Part shown: piece by piece, positions 1-10,415 of the stretch
How the letters are laid out: the number at the start of each line of letters is the position of its first letter
How positions within the stretch are numbered: position 1 is the stretch's first letter
DNA from: Spirochaetia bacterium
GTDB taxonomy: Bacteria; Spirochaetota; Spirochaetia; DSM-2461
Assembly: GCA_963668315.1 (NCBI GenBank)
Contig: OY764216.1
Span: 5,472,001-5,536,000 of the forward strand
Reading direction: 5' to 3'
DNA length: 64,000 nucleotides
Notes under the pieces: generated by a model
Seen by the model: only the letters and a program-made list of their open reading frames with translations
Told to the model about the DNA's origin: nothing
Databases searched by the model: none
Program-made: the position numbers and the translations under genes

Positions 1-1
1 G

Positions 2-1618
2 TTGAGAGATGCCGGGAAGGCATTCGTAGCCATGGAGTCTTGTCGCGCGCAGGGATTGCAGGATTTGATGCGATCAAGCAATATTGACTTGCTCCAAAAC
101 GTACCGGAGCCAACCGCGACCGCCCTGCGTGAGGCGGAGAGTCGAGCCCAAGCGGAATTGGCCGCATGGGAGAAGCAGTTTGAAGTTTTACGCACGCGAG
201 CCGACATGAATGACGACCACAAGGTCGCCGAGGCCAAGCGACTCGAAGAAGAACTCGGTACCGCCCGGCAACGGCTTGTCCAGGCCTGGGCCAATATCAA
301 GAATGCCAGCCCTGCCTATCGGCTCGTCGTTTCCGAAGATCGAGAACCGGTGCGGCTGGCAACGCTTCGGAAAGAACTGGACTCGTCAGATACGGTGGCG
401 CTGCAATACATGCTCGGAAAGGAGAACGGATATCTGCTCGCCTATGGAGGGGGCAGAGAGCCGACCTTGACGGCCCTCCACGTCAGTCCGGCTCAGGCCG
501 AGACGCTCGGATCCGAGTCCGGTCCTCTGACCTCGGCGCGGGCCCAGCAGATCTTGTTGGGCAGCAAGAATCGGCACGGGCTGCTCCAGGGGCTGACTGA
601 TCTTCGGGCGATAAGCGTCGACGGCCTGCCGGCAAAGAGCACACTCGAACAACTTCGGACGTTCTGGTCCGTTCTGGTGCCCGACGAGTCGCTCCGCGAG
701 CACCTCCTCGACGGCAAGAGTTTCAAGCGATTGCTCATCCTGCCCGACGGCGCATTGGCCCGACTGCCCTTCGAGGCCTTGCTCGTCGGTGACGATCCTG
801 CAGATCCGGAGTACTTGCTCGATCGTGGCCCGGCAACCGTGTACGCTCCCTCCGCCACGGTCTTCCACAACCTCAAGCATCGTCGGAACGAAGCTTCGAG
901 CGGGACAACGCTTACGGTTGGCAACCCAGACTACGGGGCCCGTGGAGAATCCGAGGATCGAGGCGGTGTTTTGGACGGGGTGAAGGTGGCAAGCCGCTTT
1001 GCCAGTCTGGGCAAGCTTTCCGATCTGCCCTGGACGGGCGACGAGAGCCGATGGATCAAGGAGACGTGTGAGGCCAAGGGCCTGCCCGTCCTTCAATTGA
1101 CGAAAGAGGCTGCCACCGAGGCCAATGTTCGCGAGAGCGTTGGCGGCCGCTCCATGGTGCACTTTGCCTGTCACGGACTGGCAGACGATTCCTATGGGAA
1201 CCTGTTCGGGGCGCTCGCGCTCACGCCGGTCGATGCGGGCGACCCGTCGGACGACGGGTTCCTGACGGTGGCGGAGATGTTCAACCTGAATTTGAAAGGT
1301 TGCGAACTGGCGATTCTCAGTGCGTGCGACACCAATATCGGGCCGAATCAGCGGGGCGAGGGCACATGGTCGATGTGCCGCGGGATGCTCACGTCGGGAG
1401 CCCGGCGGGTGATCACGACGGATTGGCAGGTGGCCGACGAGGCTTCGGCGCACCTGGTTTATGCCCTGGTGTACTATCTCCACGAATCCGAGGCCGGTCA
1501 GTGGGATTACGCCACGTCGTTGCGCGATGCGCGGCTTTCGATTCGGCAGCATGAAGAGAATGCCCATTGGCATCATCCCTATTTCTGGGCCCCGTTCGTT
1601 TTGATGGGGCCGGAGTAA
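2..1618 (+). CDS. CHAT domain protease (clan CD), 5' end outside the window
   Basis: LLILPDGALARLPFEAL, catalytic HFACHG and LSACDT, C-terminal HPYFWAPFVLMG; frame open from the window edge. Confidence 0.93.
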   Translation: MRDAGKAFVAMESCRAQGLQDLMRSSNIDLLQNVPEPTATALREAESRAQAELAAWEKQFEVLRTRADMNDDHKVAEAKRLEEELGTARQRLVQAWANIKNASPAYRLVVSEDREPVRLATLRKELDSSDTVALQYMLGKENGYLLAYGGGREPTLTALHVSPAQAETLGSESGPLTSARAQQILLGSKNRHGLLQGLTDLRAISVDGLPAKSTLEQLRTFWSVLVPDESLREHLLDGKSFKRLLILPDGALARLPFEALLVGDDPADPEYLLDRGPATVYAPSATVFHNLKHRRNEASSGTTLTVGNPDYGARGESEDRGGVLDGVKVASRFASLGKLSDLPWTGDESRWIKETCEAKGLPVLQLTKEAATEANVRESVGGRSMVHFACHGLADDSYGNLFGALALTPVDAGDPSDDGFLTVAEMFNLNLKGCELAILSACDTNIGPNQRGEGTWSMCRGMLTSGARRVITTDWQVADEASAHLVYALVYYLHESEAGQWDYATSLRDARLSIRQHEENAHWHHPYFWAPFVLMGPE

Positions 1619-1650
1619 CGATTTCGTTTTTTCCCAGGAGTCGCGTAATC

Positions 1651-1728
1651 TTGGCAGCAATCCACGACAATCCCCAATGGCACCACCCCCATTACTGGGC
1701 ACCGTTTGTTCTGATGGGACCGGAGTAG
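1651..1728 (+). pseudogene. Isolated C-terminal remnant of a second CHAT gene (or a 25-aa mini-ORF)
   Basis: Manual translation (L)AAIHDNPQWHHPHYWAPFVLMGPE* closely matches the end of the preceding CHAT (AHWHHPYFWAPFVLMGPE*); CAGGAG lies just upstream of TTG 1651. Confidence 0.7.
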
Positions 1729-1863
1729 CGATTCTGCGTGCTCGCGGGCGCAATCTCGACTGCGTTCGAGTGTATGAATCGTGGGCTCCGATCAAGAGCT
1801 CGCCACCCCCACCAGGGGAGGGTGATAGATTTGCGGCACTCATTACGACAAGGACCTCCCACC

Positions 1864-4002
1864 ATGCGACGAGCATTTCTCACGTCACTTATGAGCGTTA
1901 TGGTCTTCATCTCGCACCTCTTGGCCGCCCAAGGAGCCGGCAAGGCCCTCATCATCGGCATCGAACAATACGAAAAGGCGCCGCGACTGGATTTCGTCAG
2001 AAACGACGTCAAGAATCTGGCCGAAGCCCTCTCGAACCGCTGCCTCTACGACGTCACCATGGTGATCGATTCGGCCGTCGACTCCCGGTTGGATTCCATC
2101 GGCCCCACCACCCATCGCGACGCGATCATGCGCCGCATCGAGGATTGGCTCGCCGGAATCCAACCAGAAGACAACGCGATCCTCTATTTCAGCGGGCACG
2201 GGTTCTTGGACGCGGACGGAAAACTGTACCTCGCCGTAATCAACTGTGACCCCCGAAACCCGTCTCCCGGGGGAATTCCCGTGGAGTGGCTCCGTGAACA
2301 CTTGAAGCAATGCCGGGCTGCCCGGAAGGTTCTCCTGCTCGATGCCTGCCATTCCGGCAACGCGAGAAGCAACGCCGTCCAGTCGGTTTCGGCCAAGGCT
2401 ATCGCCGTCGAATTCGCCGGCGTGGAGGGCATTACGACGCTTGCGAGCTGCCAGGGTGACGAAAACAGTTATCTCTGGTCGCAGAAGGAGCACTCCCTGT
2501 TCACGTACTGGCTTGCCCAGGGACTCCTGGGCCATGCCGATGTGGGCTGCGACGGGGAGATCACCTTCGACGAACTCGCCGATTTCGTGTCGAACAACGT
2601 GTCGCTCGTCGCCGACATGGAATTGGGCAAGAAGCAAACTCCTGTTGTTGTCGGCGACAGGAATCCCAACGGCGCCCTCACACTGCAGGTCAAGCCCGTG
2701 GAGCTTTCGCTGCTGATCTCTGACATGGCCGACCAGATCGATACACAGCTTCGGCGTGAGGAGTTCCCCGCCGTGGGAATTGTGCCTTCCTTCACCTGCG
2801 GTGAGACGGGGCAGAGACTGGACCCCCAGTTCGGAATGCTCCCGAGCTATGTGGCCGCCGAACTCCGCCGCTTGCTTTCCAGCCGAGGCCGTCATGAGTA
2901 TCGAATCATCAGTGAGAATGCAATGCGAGAGACGTTGCAGGAGATCGGGGCCGGACTGTCCGACATTGGGGCCAGCAAGACGAGAAACCTCCGGGCCGCG
3001 CGTTCGTCCGAAGAGATTCCGATTCCTTCCCTGGTGACCGGCAGGATCCGCCGTGGCCACGGCCCGATCGTTCGCGTTTCGTGCAATCTTGTCGACGCGA
3101 AGAACATGTACGAAATCGGCTCGGCCGGCGGCACTGCCTACCTGAACGAATCCGAACTCGCCATGGCCCCCGACAGCGTGTCGCACGTTGACTCGGGCGA
3201 GAAGCAGCGCCCAACCGTGGCGCCTGCACCGGGGCCCAAGAACCGGGTCCGACCCCGCCCGCAAACATCCACCGGAAGCGGCGGAGCGGTCGCTCCTGCC
3301 ATGCCTCCCGGCGTCGTTGAGGCCCACCAGAAGCACAAGCAGAAGGCCAAGCTGCCCCATCCGTTGAAGGATCCGAACTTCCCCTACCGCATTGCGATCT
3401 ACGTCAAGGTCGGACCAAACAGGTACCTCCCACGCGAGCTGCATTTCGAGGGAAACCAGTGCTTCGTGACGCTTGATCGGGGCGAGGTCTACGCGATCTG
3501 GATTGAAAACCGCACGGATCACGGCGTCTTTCTGCGGTTGATGGTCGACGGACTGAATACCCTTGCACAAAGCGTTGGGGTCGATGAATCCGGGATCGAA
3601 GTGAAACCGAGTGAAGAAAAAGTCGTCGCTCCTCGCGTCAGCCTTGAGAACGCCCAGGCCTGGCATGTCGACCCGGATAAGATCAACGCGGTAGTCGGCT
3701 TCCACAGCAACGAGGAGGATACGGCGTATGAATTCCAGGTTGTTGACCTGGAGGAATCGGCCGCTGCAAGTCAGGGCTACACCGAGAACATCGGGCTCAT
3801 CACGGCAGCATTCTACAAAGAAAAAGCGAAGACCCGAGGCAGGGGGGGCCCTTCGGTGCAAGCACGTGATCCAGACGGCGGTACAAAGGTCGGCGAGAAG
3901 GTGATTCAGGTCGTTGAGAAATACGAAGGGCCCTACGTTCCTGGCGACCTGCTTACCGTGCTTCACATTCGCTATGTTTATTCCAGTGACAAGTCGGAAT
4001 AG
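1864..4002 (+). CDS. Exported caspase-family (peptidase C14) protein with FlgO/CsgG-like middle domain, Pro-rich linker and uncharacterised C-terminal domain
   Basis: Signal-like MRRAFLTSLMSVMVFISHLLAAQG from ATG 1864; KALIIGI, YFSGHG, LLLDACHSG, HSLFTYWLAQGL. Confidence 0.9.
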   Translation: MRRAFLTSLMSVMVFISHLLAAQGAGKALIIGIEQYEKAPRLDFVRNDVKNLAEALSNRCLYDVTMVIDSAVDSRLDSIGPTTHRDAIMRRIEDWLAGIQPEDNAILYFSGHGFLDADGKLYLAVINCDPRNPSPGGIPVEWLREHLKQCRAARKVLLLDACHSGNARSNAVQSVSAKAIAVEFAGVEGITTLASCQGDENSYLWSQKEHSLFTYWLAQGLLGHADVGCDGEITFDELADFVSNNVSLVADMELGKKQTPVVVGDRNPNGALTLQVKPVELSLLISDMADQIDTQLRREEFPAVGIVPSFTCGETGQRLDPQFGMLPSYVAAELRRLLSSRGRHEYRIISENAMRETLQEIGAGLSDIGASKTRNLRAARSSEEIPIPSLVTGRIRRGHGPIVRVSCNLVDAKNMYEIGSAGGTAYLNESELAMAPDSVSHVDSGEKQRPTVAPAPGPKNRVRPRPQTSTGSGGAVAPAMPPGVVEAHQKHKQKAKLPHPLKDPNFPYRIAIYVKVGPNRYLPRELHFEGNQCFVTLDRGEVYAIWIENRTDHGVFLRLMVDGLNTLAQSVGVDESGIEVKPSEEKVVAPRVSLENAQAWHVDPDKINAVVGFHSNEEDTAYEFQVVDLEESAAASQGYTENIGLITAAFYKEKAKTRGRGGPSVQARDPDGGTKVGEKVIQVVEKYEGPYVPGDLLTVLHIRYVYSSDKSE

Positions 4003-4035
4003 GCCGTTGCCGAGGATGATAGGAAGGAGCTACTC

Positions 4036-5493
4036 GTGATAGAATCAACTGTCCTGCACCGAGGCGACCGGCGGGGTGCGAGCCGTTGCTTCATGGCCGT
4101 CTTCATTCTGGTCTCTCTGCTCGGTCCTGCCGCATTACACTCTCAGGATCAGCCTGCCGGGGCGGACAGCCTGACCGTCGGACGCCGCTGGGCCGTGATC
4201 GTTTGCGTCAACGACTATGACGACGCCGGCATCCCGGATTTGCGATTTTGTGAGGCCGACGGGCAATTGTTGGCCGGCGTCTTGAGCGAGGAATGCGGAT
4301 ACAACCCGCGCGACGTCGTAATGCTGGTGAGCGGCGCCACGAGCAGTTCGATGCGTCCCACGCTCGCAAACATTCGCACGGAACTCCGGTTTCTTGCGCG
4401 GCGTGCCCAAGCGGATGATGTTGTTCTCGTCTATTTCTCCGGGCATGGCTACCTGGACGACAACGGGCGGGGCTACCTTCTGCCGGAAGACTGTCGGCGA
4501 GACAACCTCGAGGGCTCGACCCTTCCGACGGCTGAGTTGCGTGAATGCCTGGCCGATTGTCCTGCTCGCGGCAAGTTGCTCGTCCTGGACTGCTGCCATG
4601 CGGGAGGCAAGGGCTTGCAGGTGGATCCGACCGGCGAGGAACTGGGCACGGTGTTTCGGGAGACGCCTGGACTGCTCACGCTTGCCAGTTGCCGGGCGGG
4701 GGAGCGATCCTGGGAATGGGAGCACAAACGCCACGGCCTTTTCAGCTACTACCTCGCCGAAGGACTCCGCGGCGAGGCCGACACGCAGTATGACGGTCTT
4801 GTCGACAGCACGGAACTCTACAGTTACGTGCGCGGCAAGGTCATCTCGACGGCCCAGGAAATCGACGCCGCCCAGACACCGGTCCAGGTCGTCGGGCCCG
4901 GCGAGGTGCCCGTATTCGCCTTGGCCAAGGTGAAGCCCAAGGTCTATTTCGAGGACTTTTCCGGAACTCAGCCCGGCATGGCTCCCGAGGACTGGAAAGG
5001 TCGGGGGCTGACCGTTCAGGAGTTGGGCGGCCAGCGGGTGTTGCAGGCCCGCGACCTCGGCCAGGGCTTTGTCGACTTGCCCGCCCAGCGGATCACGGGG
5101 GATTTCTTTGTCGAGTGTTTCTTCGACACCAACGGCTACGTGAACAAGCCTCGCAGTTTCGAGTTGAGTCTGTTCACGAAACAGGGCTCGCCGATTGTCC
5201 GGGTCGCCGTACTGGATCGCTACCCGAACTGCGACGTTACCGTGAACAATCGCCACCTCCGTGCGCCGAGACTCAACCGGAAGAACAGGCTGTACATTAC
5301 TCGCTCAGGTCGCGGCCTGAGCGTGCAATTGAACGGCGAGCCCGTCGAAGCCACGCAAATATCCGACGCCGATCTTCCCGGCCTGCGACTGGCCCTGGGC
5401 AACAATCGCGACGAATACGGCCGCGTGGACACCAGCAAGTTTCCCACCGTCTACTCGATCCGCGTTGGACCACTGGCTGCGGACGGAGGTTGA
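4036..5493 (+). CDS. Exported caspase-family (peptidase C14) protein with C-terminal beta-sandwich (ConA/LamG-like) domain
   Basis: RBS GAAGGAG; hydrophobic N-terminus; RRWAVIVCVNDY, YFSGHG, LVLDCCHAG, HGLFSYYLAEGL. Confidence 0.9.
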   Translation: MIESTVLHRGDRRGASRCFMAVFILVSLLGPAALHSQDQPAGADSLTVGRRWAVIVCVNDYDDAGIPDLRFCEADGQLLAGVLSEECGYNPRDVVMLVSGATSSSMRPTLANIRTELRFLARRAQADDVVLVYFSGHGYLDDNGRGYLLPEDCRRDNLEGSTLPTAELRECLADCPARGKLLVLDCCHAGGKGLQVDPTGEELGTVFRETPGLLTLASCRAGERSWEWEHKRHGLFSYYLAEGLRGEADTQYDGLVDSTELYSYVRGKVISTAQEIDAAQTPVQVVGPGEVPVFALAKVKPKVYFEDFSGTQPGMAPEDWKGRGLTVQELGGQRVLQARDLGQGFVDLPAQRITGDFFVECFFDTNGYVNKPRSFELSLFTKQGSPIVRVAVLDRYPNCDVTVNNRHLRAPRLNRKNRLYITRSGRGLSVQLNGEPVEATQISDADLPGLRLALGNNRDEYGRVDTSKFPTVYSIRVGPLAADGG

Positions 5494-5585
5494 CGGGGGC
5501 AGCATCCAATCGGCAATCCGTCGATCGGCGCGGTTTCTCTTCATGAACGAGATGGAAATCCAGGATAGATTGAGCGAGGGCATCA

Positions 5586-8500
5586 ATGAAGTCAAGCACG
5601 TTCTGCCGGCTGTGTTTGATCGCCGGAAGTCTGGCGGGTGTTTTCGGGCTGAATTCGGGCTTGCCCACGCGGGCAGCCGAGTCGACGGAGGAATCACCAC
5701 CGGTCTTGCTGCGTTGGAAGCTCCAACCCGGAGAAGAGCTGCGTTATTCCCTGCAACAGACGGATGTCGGACTGTCTTCTTTCGGCAGCATGCACGAAGA
5801 AGCAACCGAGGAAGGTCGACGTGTTATGAGTGTCGACATGTCCTGGCATGTTGACGAGGTCCAGTCCGAGAAGGTTGATCTCTCCATGCAAGTCCGGCGA
5901 CTTCGATTCTGCATGGAGCAACTCGAAGGAACGACGAATGAGCCAGGTGATGCCTCCAAGTCGCTCTCCGTCCGGTTTGACTCCCAAACGGAGGACTTCA
6001 AGCTCCGCCTCGATCCGTCCAAGCGGCACGAGCCGTTGCTGATCCCACAAAATCAGGCAGGAAATGCCCTGCAAGACTACGCCAGGCTGTGTGGCCAGAA
6101 ATCCCGCTTCACACTCTCTCCTCGCGGAGACGTTCTCCAAGCCGAGTTGCCCCAGGGACTGAAACGCCGGTTCCAACTTGGCGAAGGAGGCGAACAAAGG
6201 TTCCTGGCTCTGCAGTTTGATCCGCTGGCAAGGCTGACCAGTTGTTTTACACAAGGAGACTTCGCGTCCGTGGCCCTGGGGTCGTTCGTTCCCCCTGGCC
6301 TGCAAGTAACAACGAACCGGGGACCAACGGCCTTCTCGCAAATCTCGTCACTGCTATTCGGGTGCCTGCCGAGCCACGCGGTTCGAATCGGCGATCGTTG
6401 GGAGAGGGAGACGTCCATGGAGACGATGTTGTTCAACGCCACCACAACGTCTCATTTCACCTATCAAGGTCTTGTTGAGATGGACGGCCGGGCGATCGAC
6501 AAGATCTCCATGGAGATGGAGTTACATCTCACGCCGTCTCAAATGGTGGCAAACGCGAGCCCTGGAGCACAGCTTGGCGAGTACTGGAAGAAGTTCAATC
6601 AATTCGTGACCTTTCAACTGAATGGCACGTGGTGCTTCGATCGCGATCGAGGGCGTACTGTTGAAATGATGATCGACGTGAACACCCAGTTCCGGGTTGA
6701 CCCGCAAGAATACAGCGGCGCGTATGCATCGGTGATGGCCAACCAGGAACGGCAGTCTCGTCACAGGATTCACATCGCGGAGGGCGCAAGCGGTGAAGAA
6801 GAACTTAAGATGCCCGCCTATCTTTCGGAAAATCGACCGCAATTGGTCGACCTACGAACACAACTGAAGACGAGATACGAGGAACAGTTCCAGGCAGGGC
6901 AGTATGGGCAGGCGGCGAAGACAGCAGACGAGCTCTTTCGACTGCACCAGCGTTTCATCCATTGGACGCGTCAAGGCAATCGGGACAATGGCGACGGGAT
7001 CCCCGCGAACCACTTTCTGAGCCAAGGTTCGGAGTTTCTAGAAGGTTTGGATTGGGCGGCGCAGGCCCTGATGATGCGAGGGGACGCCGAGGCGAAGATG
7101 TCTCGTTTCGCCGAGGCAGAACGCTCCTATCTCGATGCTGAACAGGGGTTACGGTCGCTCCGAGGATGGTGGAGCCCCGAACTGGCCGCCACTTATCAGC
7201 GTCTGGCTGATCTGTCCGCGGAACAGGAACACTGGGCCAAGGCACTCGAATACCAGGAAAGGTCCGCCAATATTCGTGAGACCCTCCTCAAGCCCACTGG
7301 GGAATTAGGGCTGCGGTTTCACGTCGTCATGGATGAAACGAGTGGGGCAGCAGGCCGACGGCCTTTCGGATTCCTGCGGATTTCCGAGGTGGCTCCCGGT
7401 TCCGCGGCGGCTACGACCCTGGGCCTGAAAGTTGGCAACACCATTGACTTCATCCAGGCAGACGGCGGAGTCCTGCTCAACTGCGGCGGCGAAGTCCGGG
7501 GGAACGAGGCAGCGGAGTGCCTCAACAGCTTGCTGAGCGGGCCTGCTGGGACGAAGGTCGCCGTCCGAGCCCATTACGGTCGCAACGCAGCATCCGAGTT
7601 CCAATGGCTCGAACGTGCAGCCCGTGAAGACCACGAGCCACCCTCCGAAGCCGCGGTGAGCAATCTGGTCTCCTGCCTGCTTCGCATGGCCTCGCTCTGC
7701 CGACACGCCGGCGATTTGAAAAGAGCGAGAAGTTCCCTGCTCCGTGCAGCCGATCTGGCCGACAGCGTTGACAATCTGGACGGCGGATCGGCGGCAACTC
7801 GCTACGAGTTGGCATGCGTGTTGCAGGAAGAGGGCCGATCCGAAAAGGCGGAACAGCTCTTTCGGGAATGCGCGGAACAACTGAAAGAAGAGACACAGGA
7901 TCGGGAGTTGTACGCTTGCGTGCTGGCGAGTTGGGCAACATTGGACCAACAGGCAGGCAACACGGAAAAGGCCGTACAACGAATCCGGAAAGCCGCATCG
8001 ATCCGAACGGAGTTATTCGGCTCGAAACATCCGGAAACGGTGGCCACCCATTGGCAACTGGCAAGGTTTCTCCTTGAGTCGAAGGCCGCAAACGAAGCCT
8101 CCCGGGTCCTGGAAGCAACGCTCGATGAAATCGACGACAGTGCGGGCAGCTTCACCCTAAAGGCCAAATGCCTGCAAACATTGGCGGAAGCGAAATGGGC
8201 TCTGCAGGAACGTGACGCAGCGATCGACCTCCTCCGCCAAGCCATGAATCAGGCCGAACTTCAGCGCGGGGCAACCAAGGGAGGGGACTCGGTCCGGGTC
8301 AGCCTGTTTGGCCGATTTGCAGGTGCTTATGAGCGGATGGTCGAGTGGCAGATCGCTCGCCAGCAACCTGCGGAGGCTTACGAGGCCATCGAACGCTCCC
8401 GCGCACGATCCCTTATCGACCATCTGCAGTGGTACGGCGTTGACCTCCTGCAGAGCGTGGACGACTCGAATCTGAATGTCATGCGTCTCTTGGGGGGAGA

Positions 8501-10259
8501 GGAAGACCCGGTGCTCGACTCGCAGGCCTGGCAGCGTACGAAGCAACTGGAAGACACAGCTCAAGACACGGAACGCTACCGCCAACTGTACGCACAGTCG
8601 CCGCTCCGCGGCCGAACGGAACAAGAACAACTCCGCGAGGAAATCGCCGAGCTCCGCCGCGGCGGGAGGCGGCATGCTTCCTACGATGATGAAACTCGTC
8701 TGCAGCGTCTTTCCATTGAATACGCCTCTATGAATCTGCCAAAGGAGCTGCGACGCGATCTGTTCTACCTGTTTCGCGACGAGTTCTCGCGATTGTGCGA
8801 CGAGACCATGCGCATCGGGCGCGAACGCCGGCAATCACGCCCACAGTACTGGGAACAGATCGCGAATAACTGGCATCCTCTCTCGATGGAAGAAGTTGTC
8901 AATCTCGTTCGAAGCAGCAAAGCCCTCTACGTGCAATATCTTGTCGGCTCGGAAGGCACCTACGTGCTCACCGTCGCGCCCGACGGAAAGACGGAAACGC
9001 AAACGCTCCGCATTCGGGATCAGGAAGGCTCCATTCTCGGGGTGCCTGTCGGGCCCTTGACGCGAGAGAAGCTGCGGACAATTCTCCTGGCTCCCGACTG
9101 CGGCGTATGCCGCTTGCTGGCGTCACCGGAAAAGGCACTTGAGGCAACCAGCCGGTTGGCGGCGCTCTGGTCGCTGTTGATTCCCGACCACGCCAAACAG
9201 CTGCTACGTAGCGGCAGTCCTGAAGAGATCATAGTCATCCCCGATGGCCTGCTCTCAATCCTCCCGTTCGAAGCACTGGTGATGAACACGGCTCCCAGTA
9301 CGGAGTACCTTCTCGATTCAGGCATTCCGCTTAGCTACTGCTATTCGGCCACCCTCCTGCAATTGCTTCGGGACCGGCCGGAGGCGACGTCGTTGCCCGG
9401 GGTTGAATCCGTCTTGTCCGTCGCGGACCCCGCGTACACGAATTCAACGCCTGGGGTCGAGGACGGAAACGACCGTAATGGCACACCGGCCACACGTTAC
9501 GTGCTTGCGGGAGGCTCATTGGCCAAGTTGCCTTTCACTGCCGTGGAGTCGCAATGGGTTGCCGACGTCTTTCGCGATGCGGGGAGGCAAACCGAGTCCC
9601 TGCTCGGAAATTCCGCCACGGAGAACGCGGTGCGTCAGAGGATCGCAGGTCGTCGCTACGTCCATTTCGCCTGCCACGGTCTGGTCGATGAATCGGCGGG
9701 AAACCGCTTTGCCGCGTTGGCAGTCACCCCTGGAACATCTGCACGCCTTTCCCGAGGAACCCTGCGGCAGCGTTATGAGAGTCTCATATCGCCCAGACTG
9801 TTTCCGCACCTGGACTCCGCCGGCTTGATGCCTGCTTCGCTTCGCGAGGAGGACGCCTACGGCGATGAGCCGGGCGAGGTGTCCCGTAGCGAATGCGACG
9901 GCTTCATCACTCTCGACGAGATATGCCAACTGAACCTGCACGGGTGTGAACTCGCAATTCTTAGCGCCTGCAATACGAACTTCGGTCCGGAGCAAACCGG
10001 AGAAGGTGTTTGGTCCCTGTCTCGCGGCTTCTTCGTAGCCGGCGCTCGTCGTGTCGTGGCAACCAACTGGTCAGTCGATGATGAGGCCGCCTCAAGTCTC
10101 GTAAGTTACTTTTGTAGTTGCCTCGCTCAGGGCGAAGTGTTTGGAGACGCTCCCAACTACGCGAAATCACTGCATCGCGCGAAGAAATGGCTGCGAGATC
10201 AGAAAGAATGGGAGAGCCCGTCCTTCTGGGCGCCCTTCGTCCTGATGGGGCCTGGCTGA
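5586..10259 (+). CDS. Exported multidomain protein: N-terminal beta domain, TPR repeats with an inserted PDZ-like domain, C-terminal CHAT protease
   Basis: Signal peptide; TPR-like helices; PDZ-like GELGLRF...ISEVAPGSAA...GPAGTKV; ERSRARSL; HFACHG, LSACNT, FWAPFVLMG. Confidence 0.92.
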   Translation: MKSSTFCRLCLIAGSLAGVFGLNSGLPTRAAESTEESPPVLLRWKLQPGEELRYSLQQTDVGLSSFGSMHEEATEEGRRVMSVDMSWHVDEVQSEKVDLSMQVRRLRFCMEQLEGTTNEPGDASKSLSVRFDSQTEDFKLRLDPSKRHEPLLIPQNQAGNALQDYARLCGQKSRFTLSPRGDVLQAELPQGLKRRFQLGEGGEQRFLALQFDPLARLTSCFTQGDFASVALGSFVPPGLQVTTNRGPTAFSQISSLLFGCLPSHAVRIGDRWERETSMETMLFNATTTSHFTYQGLVEMDGRAIDKISMEMELHLTPSQMVANASPGAQLGEYWKKFNQFVTFQLNGTWCFDRDRGRTVEMMIDVNTQFRVDPQEYSGAYASVMANQERQSRHRIHIAEGASGEEELKMPAYLSENRPQLVDLRTQLKTRYEEQFQAGQYGQAAKTADELFRLHQRFIHWTRQGNRDNGDGIPANHFLSQGSEFLEGLDWAAQALMMRGDAEAKMSRFAEAERSYLDAEQGLRSLRGWWSPELAATYQRLADLSAEQEHWAKALEYQERSANIRETLLKPTGELGLRFHVVMDETSGAAGRRPFGFLRISEVAPGSAAATTLGLKVGNTIDFIQADGGVLLNCGGEVRGNEAAECLNSLLSGPAGTKVAVRAHYGRNAASEFQWLERAAREDHEPPSEAAVSNLVSCLLRMASLCRHAGDLKRARSSLLRAADLADSVDNLDGGSAATRYELACVLQEEGRSEKAEQLFRECAEQLKEETQDRELYACVLASWATLDQQAGNTEKAVQRIRKAASIRTELFGSKHPETVATHWQLARFLLESKAANEASRVLEATLDEIDDSAGSFTLKAKCLQTLAEAKWALQERDAAIDLLRQAMNQAELQRGATKGGDSVRVSLFGRFAGAYERMVEWQIARQQPAEAYEAIERSRARSLIDHLQWYGVDLLQSVDDSNLNVMRLLGGEEDPVLDSQAWQRTKQLEDTAQDTERYRQLYAQSPLRGRTEQEQLREEIAELRRGGRRHASYDDETRLQRLSIEYASMNLPKELRRDLFYLFRDEFSRLCDETMRIGRERRQSRPQYWEQIANNWHPLSMEEVVNLVRSSKALYVQYLVGSEGTYVLTVAPDGKTETQTLRIRDQEGSILGVPVGPLTREKLRTILLAPDCGVCRLLASPEKALEATSRLAALWSLLIPDHAKQLLRSGSPEEIIVIPDGLLSILPFEALVMNTAPSTEYLLDSGIPLSYCYSATLLQLLRDRPEATSLPGVESVLSVADPAYTNSTPGVEDGNDRNGTPATRYVLAGGSLAKLPFTAVESQWVADVFRDAGRQTESLLGNSATENAVRQRIAGRRYVHFACHGLVDESAGNRFAALAVTPGTSARLSRGTLRQRYESLISPRLFPHLDSAGLMPASLREEDAYGDEPGEVSRSECDGFITLDEICQLNLHGCELAILSACNTNFGPEQTGEGVWSLSRGFFVAGARRVVATNWSVDDEAASSLVSYFCSCLAQGEVFGDAPNYAKSLHRAKKWLRDQKEWESPSFWAPFVLMGPG

Positions 10260-10415
10260 ACAAACTTAACACGGAATGCGAAACGGAATGTGATTCCTGT
10301 TGTCCCTGCAAGGCATAGAACAATGTGGTTGCAACAATCTGGTTGTGTTTTAAGAACAGAGGGAGCTCGCCCAGGCGGATCTTCCACGTGCGTAAGCCGT
10401 TATGCACGGAAGACG

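Noticed and set aside
10270..10295. Direct repeat ACGGAATGCGA/ACGGAATGTGA after the CHAT gene
   Set aside because: Only two short copies; cannot be distinguished from chance
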